Positions 10,417 through 20,102 of a DNA stretch of 61,203 bases are shown piece after piece; position 1 is the stretch's first letter; each line of letters opens with the position of its first letter. Below the pieces are notes generated by a model that saw only the letters and a program-made list of their open reading frames with translations, was not told the DNA's origin and ran no database searches. The translations under genes were made by a program, and so were the position numbers. Source of the DNA: Desulfovibrio sp. (GTDB taxonomy: Bacteria; Desulfobacterota; Desulfovibrionia; Desulfovibrionales; Desulfovibrionaceae); contig JAISKK010000012.1 of the NCBI GenBank assembly GCA_031260965.1, positions 1 to 61,203 of the forward strand. The letters run 5' to 3'.

Positions 10417-10444
10417 TTGTCGGCAGATTGATGACAAAACTTTA
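10417..10444 (-). promoter_or_regulatory. Sigma28 (FliA)-type promoter
   Basis: Minus strand TAAAGTTT-N12-GCCGACAA versus consensus TAAAGTTT-N11-GCCGATAA, 35 nt upstream of the flagellin-like ATG. Confidence 0.7.
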
Positions 10445-10468
10445 GGCTTTATGCCCGGTGTTCGTTTT

Positions 10469-11551
10469 TCAGTCTTCAGTAAGCATGCCCCATTTGAGCA
10501 CGCTGTCTTCGGGGATGTCCACCCTGGCCTTGAGACCTATGATCTCGTCATACAGACGCGGACTGAGACCGTGGGCGGGGCGTTTGAAAGTCAGATCCGC
10601 CGCGCTGATTACGGCCCCGGCCCGGATGTCCGCGGCCGCCACCAGACTGCGTCTGGCGTTTGCCCGCGCCGGGGCTTCCGAAGGCAGACTGCGCAAATCG
10701 GATCCGCCGATGCGGGCCGAGGTCCTTTCAAGCCTTTGCCGGAAATTGCGCAGGTCCGTTTTGTCCATGGCGTGGTAATGATCATTGCCGGGCAGGCTTT
10801 TGTCGTGAGTGAAATGTTTTTCCAGGATACGCGCTCCGAGCAGAACGGCAGTGAGCAGAACGCCCATGTCGCCCGGCAGGGTGTGATCCGAATAGCCGAT
10901 GGGCAGATCCGGGAAAAGTTGGCTTAGAGAGCAAATTTTGCCCAGGGCCGCGTTTTCGTCCGCTGTCGGGTAGTTGAGAACACAGTGCATGAGGGCCAGA
11001 TCGTTGCCCGCCTCGCGGATCCAGGAGACGGCTTCCACGATTTCATAGGCCTCCGAGGCTCCGCAGGAAAGGATAACCGGTTTGCCGAAGGCGCTGATGA
11101 AGCGGATAAAAGGTTTATCGGTAATGTCCGAGGAGGATATCTTGAAGACATCCATGAGATCATTCAGGAAGGTCGCGGATTCCCTGTCAAAGGGGGTGGA
11201 CATGAACTCTATGCCGGCCGTCTCGCAGTGGCGTTTTAAGGCCTCGAACTCGTTTTTCCAGAATTTGTCGTGGCGGCGGAAAAGTTCGTACTGGCTTTTG
11301 GTCGGCTCTTTTTCCGTGTCCCAGTAAGCTGGAGAGTCTTTGGAAGCCAGGGTTTCAGCCTTGTAGGCCTGAAACTTTACGGCGTCCGCTCCGCCTTCCC
11401 TCGCTTCGTCTATAAGCCTGCGGGCAATGTCCAGGCTGCCTTCGTGATTGACCCCGGCCTCGGCTATGATGAAAGGCGGATAAAGACCCCTTGAGTTGAC
11501 AAGGGCTGCCCCCCCGCGGGGGGCGGTTGAGAAAAATTCAAGTATTTTCAT
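10469..11551 (-). CDS. N-acetylneuraminate (nonulosonate) synthase family, NeuB/SpsE, with C-terminal SAF domain
   Basis: FIIAEAGVNHEG, GADAVKFQ, STPFD, GYSDHT, LEKHFT, ARRSLVA; start ATG 11551. Confidence 0.93.
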   Translation of the reverse strand: MKILEFFSTAPRGGAALVNSRGLYPPFIIAEAGVNHEGSLDIARRLIDEAREGGADAVKFQAYKAETLASKDSPAYWDTEKEPTKSQYELFRRHDKFWKNEFEALKRHCETAGIEFMSTPFDRESATFLNDLMDVFKISSSDITDKPFIRFISAFGKPVILSCGASEAYEIVEAVSWIREAGNDLALMHCVLNYPTADENAALGKICSLSQLFPDLPIGYSDHTLPGDMGVLLTAVLLGARILEKHFTHDKSLPGNDHYHAMDKTDLRNFRQRLERTSARIGGSDLRSLPSEAPARANARRSLVAAADIRAGAVISAADLTFKRPAHGLSPRLYDEIIGLKARVDIPEDSVLKWGMLTED

Positions 11552-11651
11552 GGTGTTGCCTCTTGATAAAAATATATCCCCTAATTTATGAAATTGCAAA
11601 AGCGATTTTGCCTTCGACTTTTGTTTTGTCGCGGGAGCGCAATAAAAAGCG

Positions 11652-11680
11652 TTGAAATTCCCCCCGAGTTTAGCTAGTCT
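11652..11680 (+). promoter_or_regulatory. Sigma70-type promoter
   Basis: TTGAAA-N17-TAGTCT upstream of the S1 gene. Confidence 0.45.
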
Positions 11681-11788
11681 GCCGAGGTGCTACGGGGCCG
11701 GTTTTTGCCGGTATTTAAAGAGCGGGTCAGCCCCCGGCGTGGTCGCATTCAGAGCATTTCATTTGTGCAATGCTCGCAAGGAGAAAAC

Positions 11789-13324
11789 ATGAGTTCAGAG
11801 ATTGAGCTTTTAATCCCCGGAGCGGAAGACGGCGTTATGCCGGACCCGGACCTTCCTTCCGGAGCGGACGCGGCGGAAAACGAAGACATGACCTTTGCGG
11901 AGATGCTGGCGCGCCAGGAAGGCGAGACCGCTCCCGGTCGCGGTCTTGAACAGGGGCAGCGGGTCAGCGTGCGCATTGTGGCCATTACCGCCGATACAAT
12001 TTTTGTCAGCACCGGGGAAAAGGTGGACGGCATAGTTGAGCGGGAGGAGATGGAAAAAGACGGCGAGCTTCTCTGCGCGGTCGGGGATACGCTGGATCTT
12101 TACGTTGTCAATGCCGGTCCGCAGGAAGTCAGACTCTCCCGCATCCTGCGTGGAGCAGGCAGTCTGACCGCCCTGGAGCAGGCGCGCGAAAACGGGCTTC
12201 CCGTCGAAGGCAAGGTGCTGGCTCTAATCAAGGGCGGTTATGCCGTGGACATCATGAAACGGCGCGCTTTCTGCCCGCAGAGCCAGATGGACCTTCACCC
12301 CTCCTCGGACCCGGAAAGCCATGTCGGGCAGCTTTATCCTTTCCTGATTACCCGCCTGGAAAAAAATGGACGCAATATAGTCGTTTCCCGCCGTTCTTTG
12401 CTTGAGCGCGAACAGATGGAAAACCGCGAGACCCTCCTGGCCGACATCAAGGCCGGGGATGTGCGCGAAGCTGTCGTTACGCGCTTTGCGCCTTTCGGGG
12501 CTTTTCTGGAACTCGCTCCGGGGGTTGAGGGTCTGGCCCATCTTTCCGAACTTTCCTGGTCCCGCGTCGGACAGGCGGAGGAAGCGCTCAGCATAGGCGA
12601 TCGCGTGCGCGTGAAAATTCTGGAGATCGAAACGGACAAAAAAACACCGCGTATCTCCCTGTCTCTGCGTCAGGCTGCGGATGACCCCTGGGCGGGTCTT
12701 GCCGAGCGTTTGCAGGCCGGGGATATAGTCGGCGGCAAGGTCGTGCGCCTCGCTCCCTTCGGGGCCTTCGTCGAAGTTCTGCCGGGCATAGAGGGTCTGG
12801 TGCACATCTCCGAGCTTTCCCATGAAAAACGTATTCTCAAGGTTGAGGATGCGGTAAGTCCGGGGGATATGGTGTCGGTGAAAGTCAAGGAAGTGGATGC
12901 GGAAAAGAGGCGCGTGTCCTTGAGCCTGCGCGACGCCGCCGGCAATCCTTGGGACGGCGTGCAGGAGTCCCTGCCTCTGGACGCCGAAATCAGCGGCAGT
13001 GTGGAAAGGCATTCCCCTTACGGCATCTTTGTCTGTCTTTCCCCCGGGCTGGTCGGCCTGCTCCCCAAATCCGCCCTGCACAACTCTCCTGCCGGGAAAA
13101 GCCTGGAGCGCCTGCCTGCGGGAGCGGAAATCAAGGTGCGCGTCAAGGAAATTGACGGCGAAAGACGGCGCATCAGTCTGGTTCTGGCCGATGCGGGCGC
13201 GGGGCAAGATGCGGCGCTTTTGGAAAAAGACTGGAAAAAACACGTCCCCAAAACGCCGCCGGCTCCGGCCGTTGGCTCTCTGGGCCTCGCTCTGCAAGCC
13301 GCCCTGCAGAAGAAAAAGAAATGA
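11789..13324 (+). CDS. rpsA: 30S ribosomal protein S1 family protein (about 5 S1 domains)
   Basis: Repeated FGAFVE..PGxEGLxHxSELS motifs; RBS AAGGAG before ATG 11789; may be a paralogue. Confidence 0.85.
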   Translation: MSSEIELLIPGAEDGVMPDPDLPSGADAAENEDMTFAEMLARQEGETAPGRGLEQGQRVSVRIVAITADTIFVSTGEKVDGIVEREEMEKDGELLCAVGDTLDLYVVNAGPQEVRLSRILRGAGSLTALEQARENGLPVEGKVLALIKGGYAVDIMKRRAFCPQSQMDLHPSSDPESHVGQLYPFLITRLEKNGRNIVVSRRSLLEREQMENRETLLADIKAGDVREAVVTRFAPFGAFLELAPGVEGLAHLSELSWSRVGQAEEALSIGDRVRVKILEIETDKKTPRISLSLRQAADDPWAGLAERLQAGDIVGGKVVRLAPFGAFVEVLPGIEGLVHISELSHEKRILKVEDAVSPGDMVSVKVKEVDAEKRRVSLSLRDAAGNPWDGVQESLPLDAEISGSVERHSPYGIFVCLSPGLVGLLPKSALHNSPAGKSLERLPAGAEIKVRVKEIDGERRRISLVLADAGAGQDAALLEKDWKKHVPKTPPAPAVGSLGLALQAALQKKKK

Positions 13325-13361
13325 CGCGGTCCCGAATATGGCTTTTTAAAGGCAAATATCT

Positions 13362-13877
13362 TTGCTTGGCAAAGTGATCGGTCGGGCATCCCTTTGCGCC
13401 CTTGTCCTTTTTCTGGCCTTATGCAGCCTGTGGCTGTGGCCGGTGGACGTTTTGTTCATCAAAAATGAAAACGGTGTTATTGTAAGCGAAGCAGTCCTGC
13501 GATCCGGTCATTCTTTTGAGACGCGCTATGTGCATTCCGTCCAGTTGAGTCTGGTTGAAGACCTCTACATGGTCCGGGGCGGACGCATATGGCAGTGGCG
13601 GGGGCGTGTGAGTTCCCAGAACGCGGGACTGCCCACCGTGCTGCCTGGGCGGACACGCTATCGGCTGGAGGACCCTTGGCTGGTATTTGAAGGACGCTTG
13701 CCCGTGACGGCGGAAATAGTCCTGCGCGTTGGCGATTCCTTGACAGGCCGGAACTGCCTGCGGCTGGGGCAGGGCGAATGGGAACCCCTTTACGGGGAAT
13801 TTGCCGGAAAACGTCTTTATCTTTCGGCCGGACGCCGTGCCTTTGGACAGATACTTTTCATAGCGGAGAAATTATGA
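13362..13877 (+). CDS. DUF1850-like protein associated with TRAP-TAXI system
   Basis: N-terminal TM, RYVHSVQLSLVEDLY, SQNAGLP; ATGA overlap with the permease; start codon uncertain. Confidence 0.7.
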   Translation: MLGKVIGRASLCALVLFLALCSLWLWPVDVLFIKNENGVIVSEAVLRSGHSFETRYVHSVQLSLVEDLYMVRGGRIWQWRGRVSSQNAGLPTVLPGRTRYRLEDPWLVFEGRLPVTAEIVLRVGDSLTGRNCLRLGQGEWEPLYGEFAGKRLYLSAGRRAFGQILFIAEKL

Positions 13878-15883
13878 CATCTGCAAAAGACGGCATCAAC
13901 AACGAGACAGAGCATGCGCATGCGTCCGGCGAGGGTTCAATAGATTTTGACAAGCTGATGCGACAATACGACACGGAGTCGCGGTTTCGCATTCTCACCG
14001 GACCCAAGGCCAAACTGGTCGCCATCCTGGCAACCCTCATGTCCTGTTTCCACTTCTACACAGCCGGCTTCGGGCTGCTGAACGCCCAGACCCAGGGCGC
14101 GATGCATCTGGCCTTCGCCCTTTGCCTGACCTTTCTGCTCTATCCCCGCAAACACCACATGGGGGAAAAACACCACGCCATACCCTTTTATGATTACCTT
14201 CTCGCCGCAGTTTCCGCCGGCGCCTGCCTCTATCTGGTGATCAACTTCGAGGAGTTGAGCTACAGGTCCGGTTTGCCCACGGATATAGATCTTCTGGCCG
14301 GCTTCCTGCTCATTGTCCTGCTTCTGGAAGCCACGCGGCGCATATCCAACCCTGTTCTGTCCTGTCTGGCCATATTGGCCCTTTTATACTGCCATTTCGG
14401 CGCTTATCTGCCGGATTCCCTGGGCGGACACCGGGGTTTTTCCGTTACCCGCATCATCAACCACATGTATCTGGGCGGCGAGGGCATTTTCGGCACCCCC
14501 CTGGAAGTTTCCTCGACCTATGTCTTCATGTTCATCCTTTTTGGCTCGGTGCTGGAAAAGACCGGCATAGGCAAATTCATAATCGACATCTCCCTGGCCC
14601 TGGCGGGCTGGTCCTCCGGCGGCCCGGCCAAGGTGGCCGTTGTCGCTTCCGGTTTGATGGGCACGGTTTCCGGATCTTCCGTGGCCAACGTCTGTACGAC
14701 GGGCATGTTCACCATCCCTTTGATGAAGAGCGTAGGCTACCGCCCGCACTTCGCCGGGGCTGTTGAAGCCGTTGCCTCCACGGGCGGGCAGATTATGCCG
14801 CCGGTGATGGGGGCCGGGGCCTTCATCATGGCCCAGTTTCTTGGCGTTCCTTACAACGAGGTGGTCATTGCCGCTGTTGTTCCGGCCCTGCTTTACTACG
14901 CGGCGGTCATGATCCAGGTGCATTTCGAGGCCAAGCGTCTGGGTCTGGTCGGGCTGCCCCGCGACCGTCTGCCCAGCGTCATGTATTTGTTGCGCACCAG
15001 GGGTTTTCTCCTTCTGCCCCTGGCGGCGATCATCTATCTGCTTCTGGCCGGATATACGCCTCTGAAAGCGGCCTTCTACGGTATTCTGACCTGCATCGTC
15101 CTGTCCTGGCTGAACAAGGAAACCCGTCTGACCCCGAAAAAACTCTGCGAGGCCTTTGAAGCCGGAGCGCGCTCCGCCCTCAGCGTGGCCTGCGCCTGCG
15201 CCTGCGTGGGCATGATCATCGGGACCGGCACCTTAACCGGTCTGGCCCTGCGTATCGCCAACGGCATCGTCGCCCTGGCTCACGGCATGCTTCTGCCCAC
15301 CATGCTTATGACCATGCTGGCCAGTATCCTGCTGGGCATGGGGCTGCCGACGACGGCCAACTTCATCGTCACCAGCACCATGGCCGCGCCGGCCCTGCTG
15401 CAACTTGGCGTGCCGCCCATGGCCGCCTATATGTTCGTCTTTTATTTCGGCATAGCCGCGGATCTGACGCCGCCGGTGGCCCTGGCCGCCTATGCCGGGG
15501 CCGGCATCGCCGGCGCGGATCCGATGCTCACGGGGGTGACAGCCTTCAAACTGGCCCTGGCCGGCTTTATTGTGCCCTATATTTATGTTTTCAATCCCAT
15601 GCTCCTTTTTATCGACGCCACACCCCTGCCCATGATACAGGCCATACTGACGGCCCTGCTCGGGGTTTTTCTTCTGGCCATAGGCTCCGTAGGCTATTTC
15701 AGGACAACCATGTCCTGGCCCTTCCGCATCCTGGCTCTGATCGGCGCCGTGGGACTGCTTGACCCCGGCACGATAACGGATATTATCGGTCTCGCTATTT
15801 TGGCGCTGATTCTTGTTGTCCAGAAGGCAAAGGCAAAGGAAAAGGCGTCCCAAAACCTCAATACAGGAGAAGAAGTATCATGA
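13874..15883 (+). CDS. TRAP transporter 4TM/12TM fused permease
   Basis: GGPAKVAV, SGSSVANV, EAVASTGGQIMPPVMGAGAFIMA, DLTPPVALAA. Confidence 0.95.
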   Translation: MTSAKDGINNETEHAHASGEGSIDFDKLMRQYDTESRFRILTGPKAKLVAILATLMSCFHFYTAGFGLLNAQTQGAMHLAFALCLTFLLYPRKHHMGEKHHAIPFYDYLLAAVSAGACLYLVINFEELSYRSGLPTDIDLLAGFLLIVLLLEATRRISNPVLSCLAILALLYCHFGAYLPDSLGGHRGFSVTRIINHMYLGGEGIFGTPLEVSSTYVFMFILFGSVLEKTGIGKFIIDISLALAGWSSGGPAKVAVVASGLMGTVSGSSVANVCTTGMFTIPLMKSVGYRPHFAGAVEAVASTGGQIMPPVMGAGAFIMAQFLGVPYNEVVIAAVVPALLYYAAVMIQVHFEAKRLGLVGLPRDRLPSVMYLLRTRGFLLLPLAAIIYLLLAGYTPLKAAFYGILTCIVLSWLNKETRLTPKKLCEAFEAGARSALSVACACACVGMIIGTGTLTGLALRIANGIVALAHGMLLPTMLMTMLASILLGMGLPTTANFIVTSTMAAPALLQLGVPPMAAYMFVFYFGIAADLTPPVALAAYAGAGIAGADPMLTGVTAFKLALAGFIVPYIYVFNPMLLFIDATPLPMIQAILTALLGVFLLAIGSVGYFRTTMSWPFRILALIGAVGLLDPGTITDIIGLAILALILVVQKAKAKEKASQNLNTGEEVS

Positions 15884-16827
15884 AATGCAAGATTGGCATC
15901 CTGGCTCTTGTGCTGGCCCTGTTCTCCATGACTCCGGTGGCCGGGGCGGTGGAACGGCTTTCCCTGGCTACCGGCGGGACCGCAGGGACTTATTTCCCCA
16001 TCGGCGGAGCCATAGCCAACGCCGTGAGCAAAAGTGGAGCGCTCAATGCCACTGCGGAAACCGGCAACGCCTCTGTGGCCAACATCAATCTTCTCGCCAA
16101 AGGGGACATTGAAACGGCCATGGTGCAGAATGACATTACTGACTGGGCCTATAACGGACGGGAGATGTTCAACGCTCCGGTAAAGAATCTGCGCGCCGTG
16201 GTAGCCCTGTACCCGGAACATGTGCATCTCGTTGTTACCAAGGCCAGCGGGATCACGAAACTGGCGGACCTGCGCGGGAAGAAAGTCAGCGTCGGCGCTC
16301 CCGGTTCCGGAGTGGAAGCCGACGCCAAAGCCATTCTCCAGTCCGTCGGGCTGACCTATAAAGACATTGATGCCCAACGCATGGACTTCGCTGCCACGGC
16401 CAGCCGCTTCAAGGACAATCAGGTTGACGCCGCCTTCCTGACCACCGGGTATCCATCTCCGGCCATCATGGACATAGCGACGACCAAGGACATCACCCTG
16501 GTGTCCCTGGATAAAACCTTTATGGAAACCTTGAACAAGACCCACCCCTATTTCGTGCCCAATTCCATTCCGGCCGGAACCTATACGGGTGTGAACACGG
16601 CTACGGCTACCCCGGCGGTCATGGCCATCATCGTGGCCCATGACAAAGTTTCGGAATCCGCCATTTACGAATTTTTGAAAGGCCTTTTTGACAACCTCCC
16701 CGATGTGCAGGCTTCCCACGCCATGGCCAAGGAAATTTCCCTGGACAAGGCCCTGAACGGTCTGACCGTTCCCCTGCATCCCGGCGCGATCAAGTATTAC
16801 AAGGAAAAGGGCGTTAAACTGCCCTGA
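15880..16827 (+). CDS. TAXI-family TRAP solute-binding protein
   Basis: Signal peptide, ATGGTAGTYFPIG, ASVANI, LYPE, PLHPGA. Confidence 0.95.
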   Translation: MKCKIGILALVLALFSMTPVAGAVERLSLATGGTAGTYFPIGGAIANAVSKSGALNATAETGNASVANINLLAKGDIETAMVQNDITDWAYNGREMFNAPVKNLRAVVALYPEHVHLVVTKASGITKLADLRGKKVSVGAPGSGVEADAKAILQSVGLTYKDIDAQRMDFAATASRFKDNQVDAAFLTTGYPSPAIMDIATTKDITLVSLDKTFMETLNKTHPYFVPNSIPAGTYTGVNTATATPAVMAIIVAHDKVSESAIYEFLKGLFDNLPDVQASHAMAKEISLDKALNGLTVPLHPGAIKYYKEKGVKLP

Positions 16828-16838
16828 TCTGACGGCTC

Positions 16839-17657
16839 TTGAAAACCTTATCCGTTAATGCGTCTCCGGCGGTCGGTCTGTCCGTCGCCGGAGACCCCAA
16901 AGGGCAGCCGCAGGGTCAGCCGGACGAGCCGTCCCTGCGTTTTCCTGAACTGCCGGAGCTTGATTTTCCCGAAGGGGAAATGGTTGTTTTCGATCCGGCC
17001 CGGCATTTGCGTTTCGTCAGCGTCGATGCGGACAAAAGCGCCTCGGATTCTGCGCTTCTCCCCCTGGCCCGGGCTGTTCGGGCCAACCCCGGAATTATGC
17101 TGATCCCCAGGGACGAGGATTGCCTGGCTCTTTGGGATCGCTACGCCATGCTGCCGCATATCCGCGAACACAGCCGTAAGGTGGCGGATATGGCCCAGGC
17201 CATTGCCCTGCGCGCTCTTGAACTCGGCGTCAAGGTCAATGCGGATGCGGTGCGGGCGGCCGGGATGCTGCACGATTTGGGCAAGACCTGGAGTATCGCC
17301 AGGGGCGGGCAGCACGCCCAGCTCGGCGCGGCCTGGGTAATGCGCGAGACGCGCAACGCCCCCCTTGCCAGAGCTGTCCTTTTCCATGTCTTCTGGCCTT
17401 TTGCGGAAAAGGGCGATGCCACGCATTTTATGATTATGGCCATAATCTATGCGGATAAACGCACTCTGCATGACGGTTATGTCGGGCTGGAAGAACGTTA
17501 CGCGGATCTGGTCGAGCGCTATGGGATCAATGCGGCGGTGCGCGAGCGCATCCTGCTCTCGCATCAGCAGGGCAAGCGCATTGAGGAAAGACTTTCCCGC
17601 CTGCTTGGAGTGACACTTTATGAATATACTGCTGATCGCGGGAGGCTGGTCCGGTGA
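16839..17657 (+). CDS. HD-domain (HDIG-type) metal-dependent phosphohydrolase
   Basis: HIREHS, LHDLGK, HAQLGA, YADK; start uncertain (TTG). Confidence 0.8.
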   Translation: MKTLSVNASPAVGLSVAGDPKGQPQGQPDEPSLRFPELPELDFPEGEMVVFDPARHLRFVSVDADKSASDSALLPLARAVRANPGIMLIPRDEDCLALWDRYAMLPHIREHSRKVADMAQAIALRALELGVKVNADAVRAAGMLHDLGKTWSIARGGQHAQLGAAWVMRETRNAPLARAVLFHVFWPFAEKGDATHFMIMAIIYADKRTLHDGYVGLEERYADLVERYGINAAVRERILLSHQQGKRIEERLSRLLGVTLYEYTADRGRLVR

Positions 17658-18570
17658 ACGCGATGTTTCCCTGTCCGGGGGCGTTGAAATCCAGGCCGCC
17701 CTTGGGCGCCTCGGACATCGCGTAAGTCTTTATGATCCGGCCTGCTCTTTGAGCGGCTTGCCCGAGGCCGTGCAGGGCCGGGATTTCGCTTTCATCAATC
17801 TGCATGGTTCACCCGGTGAGGACGGTCTCATCCAGGCCATGCTCGAACGCCTCTCCTGTCCCTACCAGGGCTCCGGTCCGGCGGCGTCCATGCTCGCCCT
17901 GAACAAGGCGGCGGCCAAAACCCTTTTCGCCGGGGCAGGACTTTGCACCGCGCCCTTTGTCCTGCTCAACGCCAGATCGGAAAAAGACAAGCTCGCCGCT
18001 CTGTCCTGTCCGCTTTTTATCAAAGACAACACCGGCGGTTCCAGTCTGCATATGGAAAAGGTGGAGAACGCGCGGGATCTGGACGCCGCTCTGGACCGTC
18101 TTTTCGCCCTCGGCGCATCCTATCTGGCGGAAGAGGCGGTAGACGGATTTGAAGTCACCTGCGGAGTCCTCGGCGCGTTTGAGGCGGGCCGGGAAAAGCC
18201 TTTTGCCCTGCCGCCGATCCTGATTCGTCCGGCTGTGGGCAAGATTTTTGATTTTCAGAGCAAGTATTCGCTGGGCGGCGCGGAGGAAATTTGCCCCGCG
18301 CCTTTACCGGAAAAGCTGAACGCGCGCATCCGGAGTATGGCTCTGGAGGCGCATCTGGTCCTTGGCTGCGAAGGCTATAGCCGGGTTGACTTCATAGTGC
18401 CGGAAAAGGGCGAACCGGTCATCCTGGAAGTGAACACCCTGCCGGGAATGACGAAAATGAGCCTCTTGCCCAAGGAGACCGCGGCCGTAAATCTTTCTTT
18501 CGACGCTCTGGTCGGACGGCTGCTGGATCTGGGACTGGCGCGGCGGAAAAATTCGGGTCTGCCCGCATGA
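17620..18570 (+). CDS. ddl: D-alanine--D-alanine ligase
   Basis: GGWSGERDVSL, LHGSPGEDG, GGSS, SRVDF, LEVNTLPGMT. Confidence 0.95.
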   Translation: MNILLIAGGWSGERDVSLSGGVEIQAALGRLGHRVSLYDPACSLSGLPEAVQGRDFAFINLHGSPGEDGLIQAMLERLSCPYQGSGPAASMLALNKAAAKTLFAGAGLCTAPFVLLNARSEKDKLAALSCPLFIKDNTGGSSLHMEKVENARDLDAALDRLFALGASYLAEEAVDGFEVTCGVLGAFEAGREKPFALPPILIRPAVGKIFDFQSKYSLGGAEEICPAPLPEKLNARIRSMALEAHLVLGCEGYSRVDFIVPEKGEPVILEVNTLPGMTKMSLLPKETAAVNLSFDALVGRLLDLGLARRKNSGLPA

Positions 18571-20102
18571 TCACCCGCGCAGCCTGCGGCGCCCTGCATG
18601 GGGTGGACGCCTTTCGCGTGGATCTGGAAGTGGATTTGACCCGCGCCGGTCTGCCCGCCTTTACCATGGTGGGACTGGCCGAAGGTGCGGTGCGCGAGGC
18701 CCGCGACCGCGTCTTCGCAGCCCTGCGCAACGGCAATTTTCGCCTGCCCCCGGCCCGCATTACCGTCAATCTGGCCCCGGCCGACCGCAAAAAGGGCGGC
18801 TCCTCCTACGATTTGCCCATGGCCGTGGCTTTGCTTGCCGCTGCGGGACATTTGCCGGAAAACGCGGTCGACGGCTATTTCCTGTCCGGAGAACTGTCTC
18901 TGACCGGGGAAGTCAAGCCTGTGACCGGTGTTTTGCCCTTGGCTATCCTGGCCAAAGAAATGCGGGCCAGGGGATTTCTGGTCCCGGCTGCCAACGCGCG
19001 TGAGGCGGCTGTCGTGCAGGGTCTTGACGTTTATGCCGTGGAAAGCCTGGGTCAGGCTGTGGCTTTTTTGTCCGGGCAGGGAATTTTGCAGCCGGTCGAA
19101 TTTCCGGACCCCGCTCTCTCTCCCCGCTCCGAAAGCGTTTTTGCCCTGGATTTTGCGGATGTGAAGGGGCAGGATCACGCCAAACGGGCTGTGGAGATTG
19201 CCGCCTCCGGCGGGCATAATCTGCTCCTGATCGGACCGCCCGGCAGCGGCAAGACCATGCTGGCCGAGCGTATAGCGGGTGTACTGCCCCGCCTGTCCTT
19301 TGCCGAGGCTTTGGAGGTCACCAAAATTTACAGTGTGGCCGGAATCCTGCCGCCCGGTCTCGGCCTTATGGAAGAGCGTCCCTTTCGCGCCCCGCACCAC
19401 AGTATTTCGCAGGCCGGACTGGTGGGCGGCGGCTATATTCCGAAGCCGGGGGAAATTTCCCTGGCCCACCGGGGAGTGCTTTTTCTGGATGAGCTTCTGG
19501 AATTTCACAAGCATATTCTGGAAGGCCTGCGCCAGCCCCTGGAAAGCGGCCGCGTGACCATATCCCGCGCTACGCACAGCCTGACCTATCCGGCGGATTT
19601 CATGCTGGTCGCGGCCATGAACCCCTGCCCCTGCGGGCATCTGGGCGACGTCCGCAAGAAATGCGTCTGCGGCAAAGGCGAGGTTCAGCGTTATCGCGCC
19701 CGTCTTTCCGGTCCTCTCCTGGACCGGATTGATCTGCATGTGGAAGTTCCGGCCGTGCCCTTTGAGGATTTGAGCCGCGAAGAAAGGGGCCGTTCCACGG
19801 CCTTGATGCGGACAAGCGTGGATGCGGCGCGCGCGCGCCAGAGCGCGCGTTTTCAAAACACTTCCTGCCGCTGCAACGCGGATCTGTCCGGGCGGGAACT
19901 GGATCGGCACTGTCGTCTGGACAGCCACGGCAAGGCCTTTCTGCGCGACGCCGTGGGCAGCCTGCACCTTTCCGCCCGAGCCTATACGCGCATCCTGCGT
20001 ATCGCCCGGACCATTGCCGACCTTGAAGACCAGGAATCCATTGCCATTGTCCATCTGGCCGAAGCCCTCAACTGCCGGACTTTGGACAGGACACGGCTGT
20101 GA
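18567..20102 (+). CDS. comM: YifB/ComM family Mg-chelatase-like AAA+ ATPase
   Basis: ITVNLAPAD, GPPGSGKTMLA, RPFRAPHH, AAMNPCPCG, SGPLLDRID. Confidence 0.93.
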   Translation: MITRAACGALHGVDAFRVDLEVDLTRAGLPAFTMVGLAEGAVREARDRVFAALRNGNFRLPPARITVNLAPADRKKGGSSYDLPMAVALLAAAGHLPENAVDGYFLSGELSLTGEVKPVTGVLPLAILAKEMRARGFLVPAANAREAAVVQGLDVYAVESLGQAVAFLSGQGILQPVEFPDPALSPRSESVFALDFADVKGQDHAKRAVEIAASGGHNLLLIGPPGSGKTMLAERIAGVLPRLSFAEALEVTKIYSVAGILPPGLGLMEERPFRAPHHSISQAGLVGGGYIPKPGEISLAHRGVLFLDELLEFHKHILEGLRQPLESGRVTISRATHSLTYPADFMLVAAMNPCPCGHLGDVRKKCVCGKGEVQRYRARLSGPLLDRIDLHVEVPAVPFEDLSREERGRSTALMRTSVDAARARQSARFQNTSCRCNADLSGRELDRHCRLDSHGKAFLRDAVGSLHLSARAYTRILRIARTIADLEDQESIAIVHLAEALNCRTLDRTRL

